Assembly (NCBI RefSeq): GCF_031769215.1
Contig: NW_026782650.1
Span: 62,001-126,000 of the forward strand
Direction of reading: 5' to 3'
Length of the DNA: 64,000 bases
Source: Ylistrum balloti
Taxonomy: Eukaryota
The stretch's first letter is position 1. The number at the start of each line of letters is the position of its first letter. The translations under genes and the position numbers were made by a program. This document shows, one piece after another, positions 1-20,252 of this stretch. The notes under the pieces were generated by a model, which saw only the letters and a program-made list of their open reading frames with translations, made no database searches and was not told where the DNA came from.

Positions 1-418
1 TTTATCCAAATATTGCAAATGTACTTTTATTTGATATCCATTAATGATATGGTTTCTAAGAGACCATTTTCCAAGGTTATAAACGTCACAGTAAAAAATT
101 GCTATTAACTATTACAATTAAGTGTAGACAGCACTTCTGCAGTATAGAAAACATCCCGATCATTTCAAACAAAACCTCCAAAGATTACATCTGATATCTG
201 TACGTTACTGTAAGTAACATGAAACCATCAATTCACTTATATGAACATCACACAAGTATGACAAACATTGTTAGATGATGAAATGCTTTGAAACAGCATT
301 AAATACTTTGAGCAAATTGACACTGGAAGCTAAATAGATCTAAAGCTAACACAAAATGAAGTGAAAGATACAGAAATATTAGTCAGTTATGGTAAAGCAA
401 GTAAATGAGTAGTTTTTA

Positions 419-6807
<6,389 letters not shown>

Positions 6808-6950
6808 GTTCTCCTCCCGAACACATCCACAGGCATCTAAATCTGACGATAACTAACCAAAGGTTAGGAAATGAGTCGCCATTTTTGTGTTATTTTCGAC
6901 CATCGATCGCAACAGTTTCACGCGGAATATGGGCGGAGTAATATGTAGGT
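6808..6950. promoter_or_regulatory. Putative bidirectional promoter BRWD/DHDDS
   Basis: CpG-richer patch directly upstream of the BRWD ATG, with a YY1-like GTCGCCATTTTT (6875-6886), a GC box GGGCGGAG (6931-6938) and a plausible plus-strand donor GTAGGT at ~6945 for a non-coding DHDDS exon 1 (acceptor ACAG at 8381-8384). Confidence 0.55.
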
Positions 6951-8397
6951 CACTGACCTTCTTGAATTATGGCAGTTATGTGTGATATTAGTTTAATTTT
7001 AAGTAACGATTAAATACATTGTTAAAATATAAGGACGTTAAATACACAAGGTTCGAATTATAAGTTACTGTTACGAATTTGTGCGGTTCGATATGACCTA
7101 CTTTACTGCGCGGATGCGTAGTGCAAGCCTTTTCACCTATAGCGATACGTCACTACGTACACTTGTGCACCGTGAAAGCCATGCGGGTGTGTTTCCCTTG
7201 CGTACAGCTGATTCTTCATCGGGTGTGTCAGATTTCCTGGTTTTCATTTTCAGTCTTTTCCTAACATTTATAATATCACGATCGTTTAACAACACAAATG
7301 CCATTCATATTATGTATTTTTGACATTGCAAACATCAGGTTATCTGATGGAAGGATTCAGGGGTGTAAACGTAAACATTACACGCGTACATTTGAGACCA
7401 ACTCTTGAACATTTGGCCTCTATGAGGTTTGTGATACCAGGCTTAGGTCTACTCTGATCGAAGATTATATGTACACATTAACATGTCTTTTACTTGGAAA
7501 AACATTTGATTAATGTGACTGCATTTGATATCGAGGAGACACCATCAGTTGTGGTGAGGAGATTCAGTCATGCAGTTAGTCATCTTTCAATATTTATGAG
7601 TTGGAAGGAAAGCTTGAGAAATAATGTATGATAGGCTCTATCTCATGGTGTTAAACTATCTATTTGTCTTCTCTATTTCATTACAATTAATATTTTGCAC
7701 GTTCACATTTCCTTTGTATTACATTTCTAAGTTGGGCCTGTACGTTGATGATTAATTGGGTCAGTACAAAACGAAAATAAGGAAAATCATCAATTAAGAA
7801 ATGAAACTAATTTTGTTATTCACCTCCCTAACATCGGGTCTAATTTGATTAAATAGTAAAAGTTGTCATCTTTGCCATATCGTTTTAAAAAATCAGGTGG
7901 GCCATGTCTAATTAAGAAGGTTACCATTATTATATACATGCAATAGAGCTTAGGACTGATGAAGCATTTTGTATTTCTGTCCCCCCATTAATGATGTATT
8001 AAGGTTGATGAATTCGCTAAGAGTAGATTATGCATTCTGTACCAGATATATATGAGAGAAGGGTATATGGGCAGTTGGTCAAATTTACATAACATATTAC
8101 AGCTAGAAATGGGTCATTTAGATCATTCTGTTCAAATGAAAATTTTTAATGAGATGTGTGACTATTAGATGATACATGTACTATATGCATTAATAAATAC
8201 ACTGACACTTAGTCTATCACATACTTAACTCAATATCAATGTAATAATAAATGTATATTTAACATTACATTATGTTTAAAAACAGTTTTACTTTAATTTA
8301 AGCACAGAACTTATCTACTGGGGAGACTTTAAAAAGATACAAGGGTCAGTGTCAGTAACACTTCTTCATTTTTTTTTCTAACAGAAAAACTGACATC

Positions 8398-11300
8398 ATG
8401 TCCTGGTTTCCAGAGAAGAAGACAAGTAAATCATGGATACACCAGATGTGTACAAAGATCCTCAAAACTGGCCCTGTCCCCAAACATGTGGCCATCATCA
8501 TGGATGGAAATAGGCGTTTCGCAAAGAAAAACAGCATGGAGAGAGCAGAAGGACATTTGAAGGGATTTGATAAGCTTGCAGAAGTAGGTTATATCATTTT
8601 TGCAAAATTGTTTTGTGAGATGCATATGATGGTGTGCAGTGTTGTTGTTCAAAGCTTTCTGTGACTGTTTATTTATCTATTTTTTTAGCTTAGCTGATAC
8701 TTAGCCTCTGACCTGTTGCATGGTTTGTGCTAGTTTTTTTCAGTTGGTTTTGAAATTAATTTTCATTTTGATGTTGTGATGTGTCAAAGTATCATGTGGG
8801 CTTACATAACAACAAAAAAATACCAAAATGTCAACACAATCATGATCCAAAGTCTGATTAAAAGAAACTAGGGCAAATTACAAGACCATGTGTTCTGGAA
8901 GAGTAAGGATCATCTGCTTTATTGACAATACCCATCATGTATACTGCAGTCAAACTAAGTAAGTGATGTCATGTTCTCAAATCAGAACAAAGTATACAAC
9001 AGAACCAACAGGCAAACCAACAGGCAAACCAACGGTCATGAAATATTGCTCAATGGGATCACTATGATAGCCATAAAACTTTCCCTTGTTTTCATCAACC
9101 TGCATCTCTTGAGACCCTGTTGCAAGTTTGTCCATCAGTTGGTGATGATAATGTAGACATGTAAACACCATAGGTTGGGGATGCAGGTATGTTGCTATCC
9201 AGAATGGGAAATTCACAATGTTGAAATGAAATCATCACATCCTGTCCATGTTGATTCATGTAGAAGGAAAAGATTGAGATATACAGCTGATGTATAAGGG
9301 TCTTGTGTCCTTGATTTCCTATTCTGGTGGTATATGATGGCCATGGTCAATAATTCTCTTTTTATTTAAAGAAAAGAAGTCATCAGTATACTCAAAAGTG
9401 GAATTTGTGACTTTGCAGGGTCTTTGTGACCTGTTAGATAAGATCTTCAATAAATTGAGTCTTGTATGAAAACAGAAAAATGTCAGCAAACAGAAGAGCA
9501 CAGTAAGTTTCCTTAGGTATGCAAATAGTCTATAAGTCTATTGGAAGATCTTACCACCAAACTCAACAAAAATGTAGATAACCAGAAACTTTATGATTTT
9601 CTATATTTTTCAATGTATTTCTTCCTTGATTTGGATGTATTTTTCATGAAATGTGCTTCTGTCTAAGTCATGACCATATTTGTACCATCATTCATCTTTC
9701 TTGGAAGAGAAAACTTGTGTAACAAGAAAATGAAGACATTCTTTCTGTTTAGAATGGGGTATGGTGATGTGCAGAGTGGAAAAATAAAATATTCTGACAA
9801 AAGAAATGTTCGCTTTTCACAATTTTCAACCATTCTCTGAAAAACTTTCAAAGCATATTTTCCTATGGCAGTTTGATTTACCATATTCGATCCAATAAGC
9901 ACCCAGGGTGCTTAAAAAATTACAATTAAGGGGGGCGCTTATTAGAGACCATCTTAGATGTAAAAGAAACACATTCAGTGCTAAGAAATCTGCCTCCACC
10001 CGAAAATTTACGTCTCCTTTTTGAGGTGTTTTGTAAAGAGGTTTTCAATTCACTCTCTTTTTGTCTCCAATCTATACCGTACTGTTTTGATATTTCTCCA
10101 TTCCTTGGCAAGCTCCACAACTTCTAACTTGAAAGAAATTTCATACGACTTGATTCGGCCCCCTTTGTGACATTGTGATGTGTCTGTGGTCGCTATAATT
10201 TCAGTGTCAACCTCTGTAACAAGGTGCACTCTGTCATTATGTGCTCGTCAATAAATTGTTTCAGAACATCTTAATATGATGAGACGAAAGGGAATTTATT
10301 TATGTTAAAGATGTGAAATTCCATTAATACTTGCCTGTTTTAGCACAACTATTTTATTTGTCATTTGATATCTAACTGCTTCATTTCTTTCTGTCAAATA
10401 ATCTATCACACATGAAAATATCATTTCTTAATCTGCTGTATCAATGGCTATCTTAACTGTTAAGTAATGGATTATGCCTATTCAGTCGTCGTAACTGTGG
10501 CTGAGTGCACGACACCAAGGTGCACAAGGTAAAGGTCATGTACCACGTGGTTTTGGAATGTGTGAAAAAATTGTTTTTTATGTATGAATATTCGTCTGTG
10601 GTCAGGGGATATCATGTTTTTAGAGAGTGTTGAAAACCATTCATAGGACAGTGCCTTGATACAGTTATTGGGGATAATAATCTGTTTGACAAGTTTGCAA
10701 TCAGAATTATGAAAGAAGGGAAAACAGTGGGCCACATTCCAAGTGAACTGTCAAAAACAGGTGATTTTTTTTATCAGGCATAGTGGGAAAATAGTGGTAG
10801 TAGTTACAGAGGACACTTATTGACTTTCCTCTGTTACTGGTGGACTGGAGATAAACTGTTTTTTTGCGTTTTTCTGGAGCACATCTCCTTATAAACAGAC
10901 TTAAAACAATTCTTGATTGTGACTGATATGTAAGTAAATCTAGACTTTTAGGTATCTGAATTGGGAGGGGGAGCTTATAGGGACATGGGCGCTTATTTGG
11001 TTGAATACGGTAACTGTAATTGGAAGAATTATTCTTCTTGGCTTTTAATATTGGTTGGAGATCTCCTCTGTCAGGTTTCAATTAATAGTTTTTATAGCTT
11101 TATAACTAGAACATGAAATCTTATTTGTTGAAATAGTTTATTTAACATTTTTTTGGATAAGTATTGTCAATTTGTTTTCAGTATCTTAATATTGTTTAGA
11201 GTTTTTCAGTCCTTTGCTAATTTGTTTCCAGTATTTTATCTTGTTTGGAGGTTTTCAGTCCATTGTCCATTTGCGTTCAGTATTTAATATTGTTTCAAGG

Positions 11301-14300
11301 TTTTCGCCCACTTGTTTTCTGTATTTGATATGGTCCAGAAGTTTCCAGTCCTTTGCCCACTTGTTTTCTGTATTTGATATGGTCTAGAAGTCTCCAGTCC
11401 ATTGCCCATTTGTTTTCCTTATTTGGTATGGTCTAGAAGTTTCCAGTCCATTGCCCATTTGTTTTCTGTATTTGATATGGTCTAGAAGTCTCCAGTCCAT
11501 TGCCCATTTGTTTTCCTTATTTGGTATGGTCTAGAAGTTTCCAGTCCATTGCCCATTTGTTTTCTGTATTTGATATGGTCTAGAAGTTTCCAGTCCATTG
11601 CCCATTTGTTTTCCTTATTTGGTATGGTCTAGAAGTTTCCAGTCCATTGCCCATTTGTTTTCTGTATTTGATATGGTCCAGAAGTTTCCAGTCCATTGCC
11701 CATTTGTTTTCCTTATTTGATATGGTCTAGAAGTTTCCAGTCCATTCCCCATTTGTTTTCTGTATTTGATATGGTCCAGAAGTTTCCAGTCCATTGCCCA
11801 TTTGTTTTCCTTATTTGATATGGTCTAGAAGTTTCCAGTCCATTGCCCATTTGTTTTCTGTATTTGATATGGTCCAGAAGTTTCCAGTCCATTGCCCATT
11901 TGTTTTCTGTATTTGATATGGTCCAGAAGTTTCCAGTCCTTTTCCATAAAGGCTTTATCATCAAAACATTTCACACTGTTTTTCCCTGTGGTATTTAGTT
12001 TTTCTATTTCCATGTTTGTATTCATTTCAATACATGTCATTTAATTCTCTTGTGTATAGGACAAGCATATAATGTGTCATAGAAATTAACTTAGGATAAG
12101 AAACGTCTTTCAAAATGTAAATGTTTACAGCCTGTCAACTTTTATCAAAATTGTCCATTAAGGCAATGGAAAATAAGGATTATATCTTTGAGCATTAAAT
12201 TAAACATGTATACAAGGCTATTAATTCCCATATCTGTTTACAATTATATGCAGATGGGGGTATACTATAGGTTCTTAAACATTTTTAAATGACAAGATCA
12301 CATTTTTTTTGTTTTTTTTTTCATATATAATTGTCCAGGTCGCGGGATGAGTGTAATGTTACATGTTATTTAAAGGACAGTTAAGGGGGTTTCATATATA
12401 TAAACATCCTACAAAGTTTCAAGCTTCTATGTCAAAAACTCTAGGAGGAGTTGATGCTACAAAACTGGTACCCCTTTTCCCCCTAGCCGCCCGCCCAACA
12501 TTCACCATACCATAACCCGGATTTCCATTACATGCAACACGGCCAATAAATTATAAACATTATTAAAAGTTTTTTAATTCAAATTCCATTGCTTTTTATA
12601 TGTTTTCTAGAATTTGAATAATTAAGGTTCAATATTTTGTTGATGAGAAATTAGATATCGATGATTTTTTTCAGACTTTGGAATGGTGTCTTGATCTTGG
12701 CATAACAGAAGTAACAGTTTATGCCTTCAGTATTGAGAACTTCAAGCGTTCCAAAGAAGAGGTTGGGTGCCTCATGGAAATAGCAAGACAGAAGTTTGCT
12801 CGTCTAATGCAGGAACGGTAAGGAAATCAAGGCTTTTATTAGTACCCCACTGGAATCTAGAGAGACTATAGTTTTGCATTGTGTTAGTACTTCCACCAGT
12901 CCTATCTTGTCTGGGGTTTATCTCCTGCACTTCTTGTCTCTGGAACTTAATAGTTTTAGTATGGGTGACAATGTGTTGTGTACCTAAAATAGGTCACTCT
13001 GATGTCGCATTTGAACTACATATGAAAAATAGTTTGTCCAAGCTATGTCTCCTCCATTCCTAGTAACTACTTGATAAATGGATTTATGACTTGAATTGCA
13101 TGCTTTTGATATGGGTTCAACGTGGTGCAGCAGTGTGTGATGTATCAAAAGTTGACATTCGACAAATGTGAAAGAAAAGTTTGTGCAGACTTATCTCCTT
13201 CACTAGAACCCCTCATGGCGTGAGTTCACTTGTATGAAAATCTCTTCATTTAGTGTTCAGTCTTAGTAGTCTTTATATTTAAGGGAAATTGTTGGTTTAT
13301 TTAATGAAAGTTGAAGAGTTATCTCCCTTCAGTTTTTCAGCATTTGAAACTTGTTCAGAGATCTGTTTAAGTTTTTAGCCATTTAAGTAGCCTTTATTTA
13401 TAACAATAACATGAACTATTCCTGAATGTGATTTTGATGCAACAATATTTGGAGGAGTTATTGCTGCTTTTTTCAGCATTTTAATGTTGTCCAGAGATAT
13501 CTTTCAGTTTCTGATGGTGCCCTATCGATTTAAAACTTTAACTGCTAACTTGGTGTTCCCCATTACTTCTCATTGAGGGTACAAAACCCTACAGATTGAT
13601 GAAATTCAAGACTTTTACTCCCAGTTTTCAAGCCTCTCTTATGTGTAAATACATTGTTAAGGGGTACACTGTACCCCCAATTTCAAAAGGTAATTAGGAA
13701 CACTGCTAAGTCATCAAAAGTTATAGCACTTCCTTTTGTGGCTTTGTGACCAAACAAGCTTTGTAAAAGTTATGCTGGAAGGAATATGTAGAAAAATCAC
13801 ACTTAGGTGACCTCATACCTTCCACATTAAATAATCAAACCCTGGTCAGCAAAGTAAAAGTGTGTTAACAGTGTACCACCCAAACATTTAGTCCAGCTTA
13901 CGGTCTGATGTGTAGTGAAGTAGTCATATGTTTTATGCTGTAGTGAGCTGATTCAGAAGCATGAGGTTTGTGTGAGGGTTCTGGGTAATCTGTCTTTACT
14001 GCCTCCAGACATACAACAGGTGGTAGCAGAAGCTGTTGACTTCTCTAAGAACAACACTAGGTAAGACTTTTCTAAGTACATGTAGCTAGTTAATTAATAA
14101 ATATTAAGTCGTTGTGCCTTTACCTTGACTATGGTTTTGAAATTTGAGTTGAGTCATATGTTATAGATTGTTAACAACTATAGTGAGTTTGAGAAACAGC
14201 TGTACATGTATACAATTAACTTATATTCTAACCAATTGCAAATGACCAGAAAACTTCCAGATGCTGAAGACTTTGTTTCCAATCCTGATTTCTATGTGAA

Positions 14301-17300
14301 TAGTATGAACAGACTTAAACATGGTGGATACCTGGCTGAGGAATACTTATCTGTTGATAGCCAGGTATCTCAAACAAAAAGGATTTGCTGAATTGTTTCT
14401 TCGGATAATCAGATAAAAAACAATTACCATGAAATTTGTAGTTTGATACCCACATCAAGCTTGATAATTTAAAAAGTCCAGTAAGTAACTTTTCATTGAG
14501 TAAATACATGTATTTGTTCAGAATTGTGTATATACCATTTTTGATTGTAAACATGTATCCTTAGTCAAGATCATCAGATGGTTACAATATACTGGATATG
14601 AAAGTTTTAGTGGGAACATTCCAGAGATCACAAAATATAACTCATTTGCCCTCAAAGTCAGTTCCATTTTAAAAATACCAGGTGATACAATATCATTCTT
14701 CAATTACAAGTACTTGACTCAACAGAACAAAACTAATTGACAGTTTGTTGGTAATTTGCGTGTATTCAATATTGACGGTTAAGAGACAGTGACAATCTGT
14801 CTGCCTGGAGAAAACCCTACAATAAACGGGCAAAATTGTGAAATTAAGTGACATTATTGTCTCCCAACATCATCAGCCATTCTGTTGTTATTGTGAGATC
14901 TCTACTGAATTATGAATACTAACACTGTTACAGATATCAATATTGGATGATGTAATTCTTCTTATTTGTCAATTTTTTTAAAGCTTGCAATTATGTTAAA
15001 AATTATAAAAGGGAGGTCCAGGTACACCATTGGAGTCTAAGAACTATTGAAACTGTGGTAGTAACACACCAAATGAAACAGGGCAATGAGAACTGCATCC
15101 AACAGAATCGTACCTCCCAGCCTTACTTATTCTGTGATTCCCTTTTATACCAGACTTCTCATGATCTGTACTTTACCTAGGTATGCAGAAATTAACATAC
15201 TTTAAGCAATTCACTCAAACATTCAGTAATTCAAAGCTGCATACACAGGTTAAAAGTTTGTAAAAAGATTAGATCTTTAATCTTGAAGAATTAAGTAAAA
15301 CTCTTTTTGAATGGTTTTGTATTCTAAAATAAATATTTAATAAAAAAAAAAGAATCACTATAAATTATTTGGAATCTTTGCAAGATGAATAACTCTTACA
15401 GAGATGTAATGGTTGCTATTGAAGCGATTGTGTATAGGAATACCTATTATTAGAAACACACATGTTGTTTGTAACATGTGGGAACACAGCATGGTACCTG
15501 TGCATGCGTACTATATATATCATATACAGTTGGCAGGCTGTTGTGGGCACAGAATAAAACATAATTTCTATGTGGTCCCACTCTTCATCCAGCTTTAGAT
15601 ATTTCTGATAAAACAATTCAATTAAGTATTGGAATTCTGGACTGGATTTTTTTTTTTAACTTGATATATTATTTAAATATTTAATTTATTTAGCAAGGAA
15701 CTATCAATTGTTCATTTACATGTTCATTAATTTTGTTGTTTATATTTCTAAAAATGTGTTCCTACACTCTCTTTCATGAAAAAATATATATACCGGCATA
15801 TGATGATGAATATCAATAGGGAAGTCATCCTATGGAGTGATTCAGATCATTGGATTGCTTTTAAAAGGGTAAGGGAGATAACCCTTACTATCTGAAAGAT
15901 GATGGATGTGTAATGTCAGCTGACTGCTATTACATATATTTGTCCATTATCCATATTTATGATTTTTACCAACCTTTCGATTTGAATTGCATCACACTAC
16001 CAAATTTAGTATTATGTATATGTTGTCAAAATTTTAATTGATTTAATAATTATTTTATTGCAAAACTTTGTACAATTGGATTGGGCACAAGTTTTTCCAA
16101 CTTATTAAGCCCTCTCCATTACATGGATGGTAAAACAATACTTAACTACAAGCAATGTAACAATATATTGAATCATAATATTTTTCATTGAAACACAAAA
16201 TCTGCTATAATGGATGATCTGTGATGCTTTGATATGTGTGAATAGAGTGGTGATCTGGGGAAGGAGGCAGAGGAAATAAGTGATCACATTGTCTCTCCAT
16301 CCCATCATCTGCAACACAGTATTTTAAATCAAGTTCAATTCCCAATAAGAGTTTTGTGTTTGAAGTTAAAGATTACACTTGGTTACTTTTGAAATAATAT
16401 GCCTGCATGGTACCTCATAGTGACACACATATACCATTTTCTCTTCAGGAGAAGGGGGATATGTAAATGTTTGCCCTAGTTCACTTTGTTTACATTGACA
16501 TTAGGGAAAATAGAAATGTCTTGTCAACCAGAGTTTCCTCCATTGATAACATGATTGATGATGTTAACAAGTTTTATTTCTTCAGCTTCACATTACCAGG
16601 TCATGAAATTTGATTGTAGATCAGTCAATCAAATCTATGAAAAATGTAAGATTGTAAAAAAAAAACACCATATTCGGCTGTAAGAGATGCCAATATCTGT
16701 ATCATATATATGACATAAATGTGTTTACAAAGTACCTTCATACGTGTGTAATTTATAATTGACAGGGCAATATTAAATGTGTGCTTTGCATACACCTCCA
16801 GAGATGAAATTTGTGCTGGCATGCGAGAGCTGGCTGAGGGTGTCTCAAACGGACTCATAAGAACCAGGTAAATGAGTGTTATTGATATGTCGAGGAGGAT
16901 GGACTAAATTACTTCATACATATGCACTATTTATTATGTAAATTCTGTGAAGTCTTGTATTTTTGTTGGGGTTCAAATTTCATGGTTTTGCAAAATATGA
17001 ATTCTTGTCGTCATTTGATTTCGTACTAATATCCATATTAAGTTTTACCTGTTTACCATTTTATGGACCTATAAACTTGTGAACTAGGATTAACCAGGAA
17101 TCTGACAAAAAGAAAACTTCAACAGAAATAAAGGATTTTACAATGTAAGGAGAAGATAGCTTAGATCTTTTCATCATGGTAGCTAGCACTATTGACTAAT
17201 GATCAAAATATTCCCCACCTATCTAATAATCCATGCTAGGGTCACATTTGCAGAACAAAAAAGGAACTTTCTTAAAGTATGCACCACTTTCGTTGTTTTA

Positions 17301-20252
17301 CATTATTAGCAATGTTTATTTACATGGATTGAAAATGACACAGTTTGAAATTGAAAACTAAATATACAGGGATAATTGATATGATTGTCACAGTTTGTCT
17401 TTTACTAGAGTTAGCTCCCATTATGATATACGTAAGATATAGGTCTGTACAGCATTGTTTTTATATTTTATGTATGATGTATGTGTACTAATTGATCTTC
17501 TGAAGGATAGATATATTTGATCTGTATCCGTGTGATCCTTCACATTTTTGTAGCAATAGTCTGAAGTTTTCATTTGAGCAGGATAGGTCTGAAGTTGAGG
17601 GGGATTGTTGGACTCTTTAAATGTAAATTACATGTACTAGAACACATTATATTTCCTAACACATCTATTCCTTGTTCATGGCTATGTGTTGGCTACTACA
17701 TTCATTAGATTTGTAAAGATCTCCACTCTCTCTGTATAATTATTAGCAGGGTTTGAAATAAATGCCAAGGCTATGTGTTTCTACAATCTCAATACTAGTA
17801 TATAAACTGGTAGACACAAAGCAATATTGTCTTGACATAAGCATTATCTTAGATAAGTATACGCAAGTATAATGTACACTACATGTAATATTAAAACGTT
17901 TTACAGTAGCTGTGACATTGGTGACATGCGTTGCCTGTACTTAAAAGTGTTGTAAAGAAGTTGAACGAATATACTAGTCGAGGATGATAATCAGAGCTGA
18001 ACTCGGTCGGATTCCAGTTTTATGTTTGTAGTTTATACTTTTCTCATGTTAATTGAAAATATCTTTTTCCTTAATCAGTGATATATCAGAGGACCTCCTA
18101 GATAATTGTCTGTACACAAGGAAATCCAAAGATCCAGATCTTCTCATCCGAACATCAGGAGAGGTGCGACTCAGTGACTTCCTTCTATGGCAGGTAGGAA
18201 TATATCTAAAATATAGTGTGTTTGTTAATTTCAGCTAAGTCATGGGCATTTCAATAAAATGAAGTCACTCTATAACTTCTCGTTTTAGAATTTGCAGAGC
18301 ATGCCATTTTTACCAGTATTCATAACCCACTATTTTAGGTCATTATTCTCAAAATTTGTGAAAGTCACTGAAATGATAATGAAGATACAGCAGAAAGCTA
18401 TGAACTCTTCAATATTGTTTAATAAGAGCATAGTCAAACCATGTTATCTTCAAGTCTTGTAACTTAAAGGTCCCATTTAATTCAAAGTAATTCATCAGTC
18501 CCATCCAAACTTCATACCAAACATTCAAACTAAATTAACTCAGTACTCGGATAAGGTGAAGTTTCCCCATAGTCCTGCCACTTAAGATAACGAGGTTCAA
18601 CTCTATTTTCTTTAAACAAAAAAAGTACTGTGTGTCTTTGCAGACAGCATACAGCTGCCTTGCCTTTGTGAGTGTACTGTGGCCCGAGTTCAGCATTTGG
18701 CATCTGTATTCAGGTGTTCTACACTACCAGAAGAATTATCAGGCTCTCCAGGTAACATGACTTACCTCCCTTACTTCGCCTCTGAATTTCTATGAAATCA
18801 AATCCAAAGATTTTACAACAAACCTCTCTCTTCAAATAATTCAAAAAATTGTTTCAGTACTATGTAATGTACCAAAAATTATTTCCATATCAAGACAGAC
18901 TTGTTCTTTGTTTCTATAAATGTCACATTGGCCAGTAAAACAGTAAAAAGGGAACACACTTTCTGAAGGAAAACATAAAGTCAGTGTTAACATAGTGATA
19001 AAGTTTGTTTAGAGTCTGGACTTACTTGACAGAAATATCCATGCTAATTTCCACTGCCAATAGTTAATGATGGTACATGGTTACTTATAGATAATGACAG
19101 AACATAGTTACTTATAGATAATGTCAGTACATAGTTACTTATAGATAATGACAGAACATAGTTACTTATAGATAATGTCAGTACAAAGTTACTTATAGAT
19201 AATGATAGTACATTGTTACTTATAGATAATGATAGTACATTGTTACTTATAGATAATGACAGAACATAGTTACTTATAGATAATGACGGTACATAATTAT
19301 TTATAGATAATGTCGGTACATAATTACTTATAGATAATGACAGAACATAGTTACTTATAGATAATGACGGTACATAGTTACTTATAGATAATGTCGGTAC
19401 ATAATTACTTATAGATAATGTCAGTACATAGTTACTTATAGATAATGACAGAACATAGTTACTTATAGATAATGACAGAACATAGTTACTTATAGATAAT
19501 GACGGTACATAGTTACTTATAGATAATGACGGTACATAGTTACTTATAGATAATATCAGTACAAAGTTACTTATAGATAATGACAGAACATAGTTACTTA
19601 TAGATAATGACGGTACATAGTTACTTATAGATAATGACGGTACATAGTTACATATAGATAATGATGGTACATAGTTACTTAGAACTAGATAGAAATCATG
19701 GTTGTGTAGGAACCGTTGTATCCAAATTCACAAATTACCTCTAATGTTTGACACAGAAACTAAACAGTTGCTCACATGCAATGGTAGATTTTCAAACAAA
19801 GTATTTTAGATAGATACATGAAATGCCATTTTAGTAGTTTAAAATATTTTGGATATTTACTGTAAAGTTGACTTGTTTCAGCATAGTAATACACTTAGCT
19901 GAAGGTGATTACATGTACCAGTACAAAAATGTATACGGAGCAATAAATCATCTTTAAATGTTTTTTGTACTTTTCAATATGCTGTTTTCTTTTCTGACAG
20001 GATGCCAAGGAAAAGAATGATTCCGAGAAGGAGAGGAGACAGAGAGAAAGTGACTATGAGAATGTGCTGAAGGAGATTAAACAAAGTGGTGTGGATAGTA
20101 ATGAGGACATAGTTAGTTTACAGCATAGAGTACAACAATATGCAAAAGACAGGGAGACACGCATACGCAGATTTCTACTGCATCTTGATCACAAACATGA
20201 ACTGTTTTTCGAGAATATCCTTCACCAAAATCAAACACTTACAGCAAAATAA
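8398..20252 (+). CDS. DHDDS: Dehydrodolichyl diphosphate synthase catalytic subunit (cis-prenyltransferase), 340 aa
   Basis: Exons 8398-8583, 12675-12817, 13944-14060, 16766-16867, 18079-18193, 18644-18751, 20001-20252 (1023 nt, GT-AG, in frame). Motifs [51 protein letters not shown] and LWPEF are cis-prenyltransferase hallmarks. Confidence 0.96.
9975..10173 (-). pseudogene. Degenerate N-terminus of a pogo-like transposase (Brinker-type HTH DNA-binding region)
   Basis: Conceptual translation across frameshifts: [62 protein letters not shown]. This resembles the SY..FKL.V..A...+G+D...W...KRR..GGGR pattern of invertebrate pogo transposases. The catalytic domain is absent. Confidence 0.6.
10580..10926 (+). 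pseudogene. Degenerate HIRAN-domain ORF carried inside the pogo-like element
   Basis: Conceptual translation [108 protein letters not shown]. It has the S.VRGYHV, N..D..A, VGH+P and GGLEI.C motifs of HIRAN-like domains, with 2 stops and ~3 frameshifts. Confidence 0.65.
11306..11940. repeat. 49-bp tandem minisatellite, ~13 copies, with degenerate copies extending left to ~11168
   Basis: Unit CCATTGCCCATTTGTTTT(CTGT/CCTT)ATTTG(A/G)TATGGTC(T/C)AGAAGTTTCCAGT, in DHDDS intron 1. Confidence 0.95.
12329..12550 (-). mobile_element. Probable short Helentron-associated (HINE/Pearl-like) non-autonomous element
   Basis: Minus strand starts TTTATTGGCCGTGTT...AAATCCGGGTTATGG followed by a GGGCGGGCGG micro-repeat, a layout typical of bivalve HINE-type repeats. 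Recognised by resemblance only. Confidence 0.4.
19066..19681. repeat. 27-bp tandem minisatellite, ~23 copies
   Basis: Unit GAC(A/G)G(A/T)ACATAGTTACTTATAGATAAT, in DHDDS intron 6. Confidence 0.95.

Larger units (their letters stand above)
9881..11010. mobile_element. Non-autonomous Tc1/mariner-superfamily (pogo/Tigger-like) DNA transposon, 1130 bp, in DHDDS intron 1
   Basis: TA at 9879-9880 and 11011-11012. 24-bp TIRs (CCATATTCGATCCAATAAGCACCC vs reverse complement CCGTATTCAACCAAATAAGCGCCC, 19/24 identical). Subterminal GGGCGCTTATT repeats. Contains transposase DNA-binding and HIRAN remnants. Confidence 0.8.

Noticed and set aside
10707-11081. 124-aa minus-strand ORF
   Set aside because: Antisense shadow of the decayed HIRAN segment; crosses the transposon boundary.
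14206-14720. Coding-looking stretches in DHDDS intron 3
   Set aside because: Broken by stops; no recognisable domain or consistent splice sites.
15800-15900. C-box (ATGATGA) and D-box (CTGA) snoRNA-like spacing with a short hairpin
   Set aside because: No terminal stem or recognisable rRNA guide; the hairpin matches a dispersed repeat motif.
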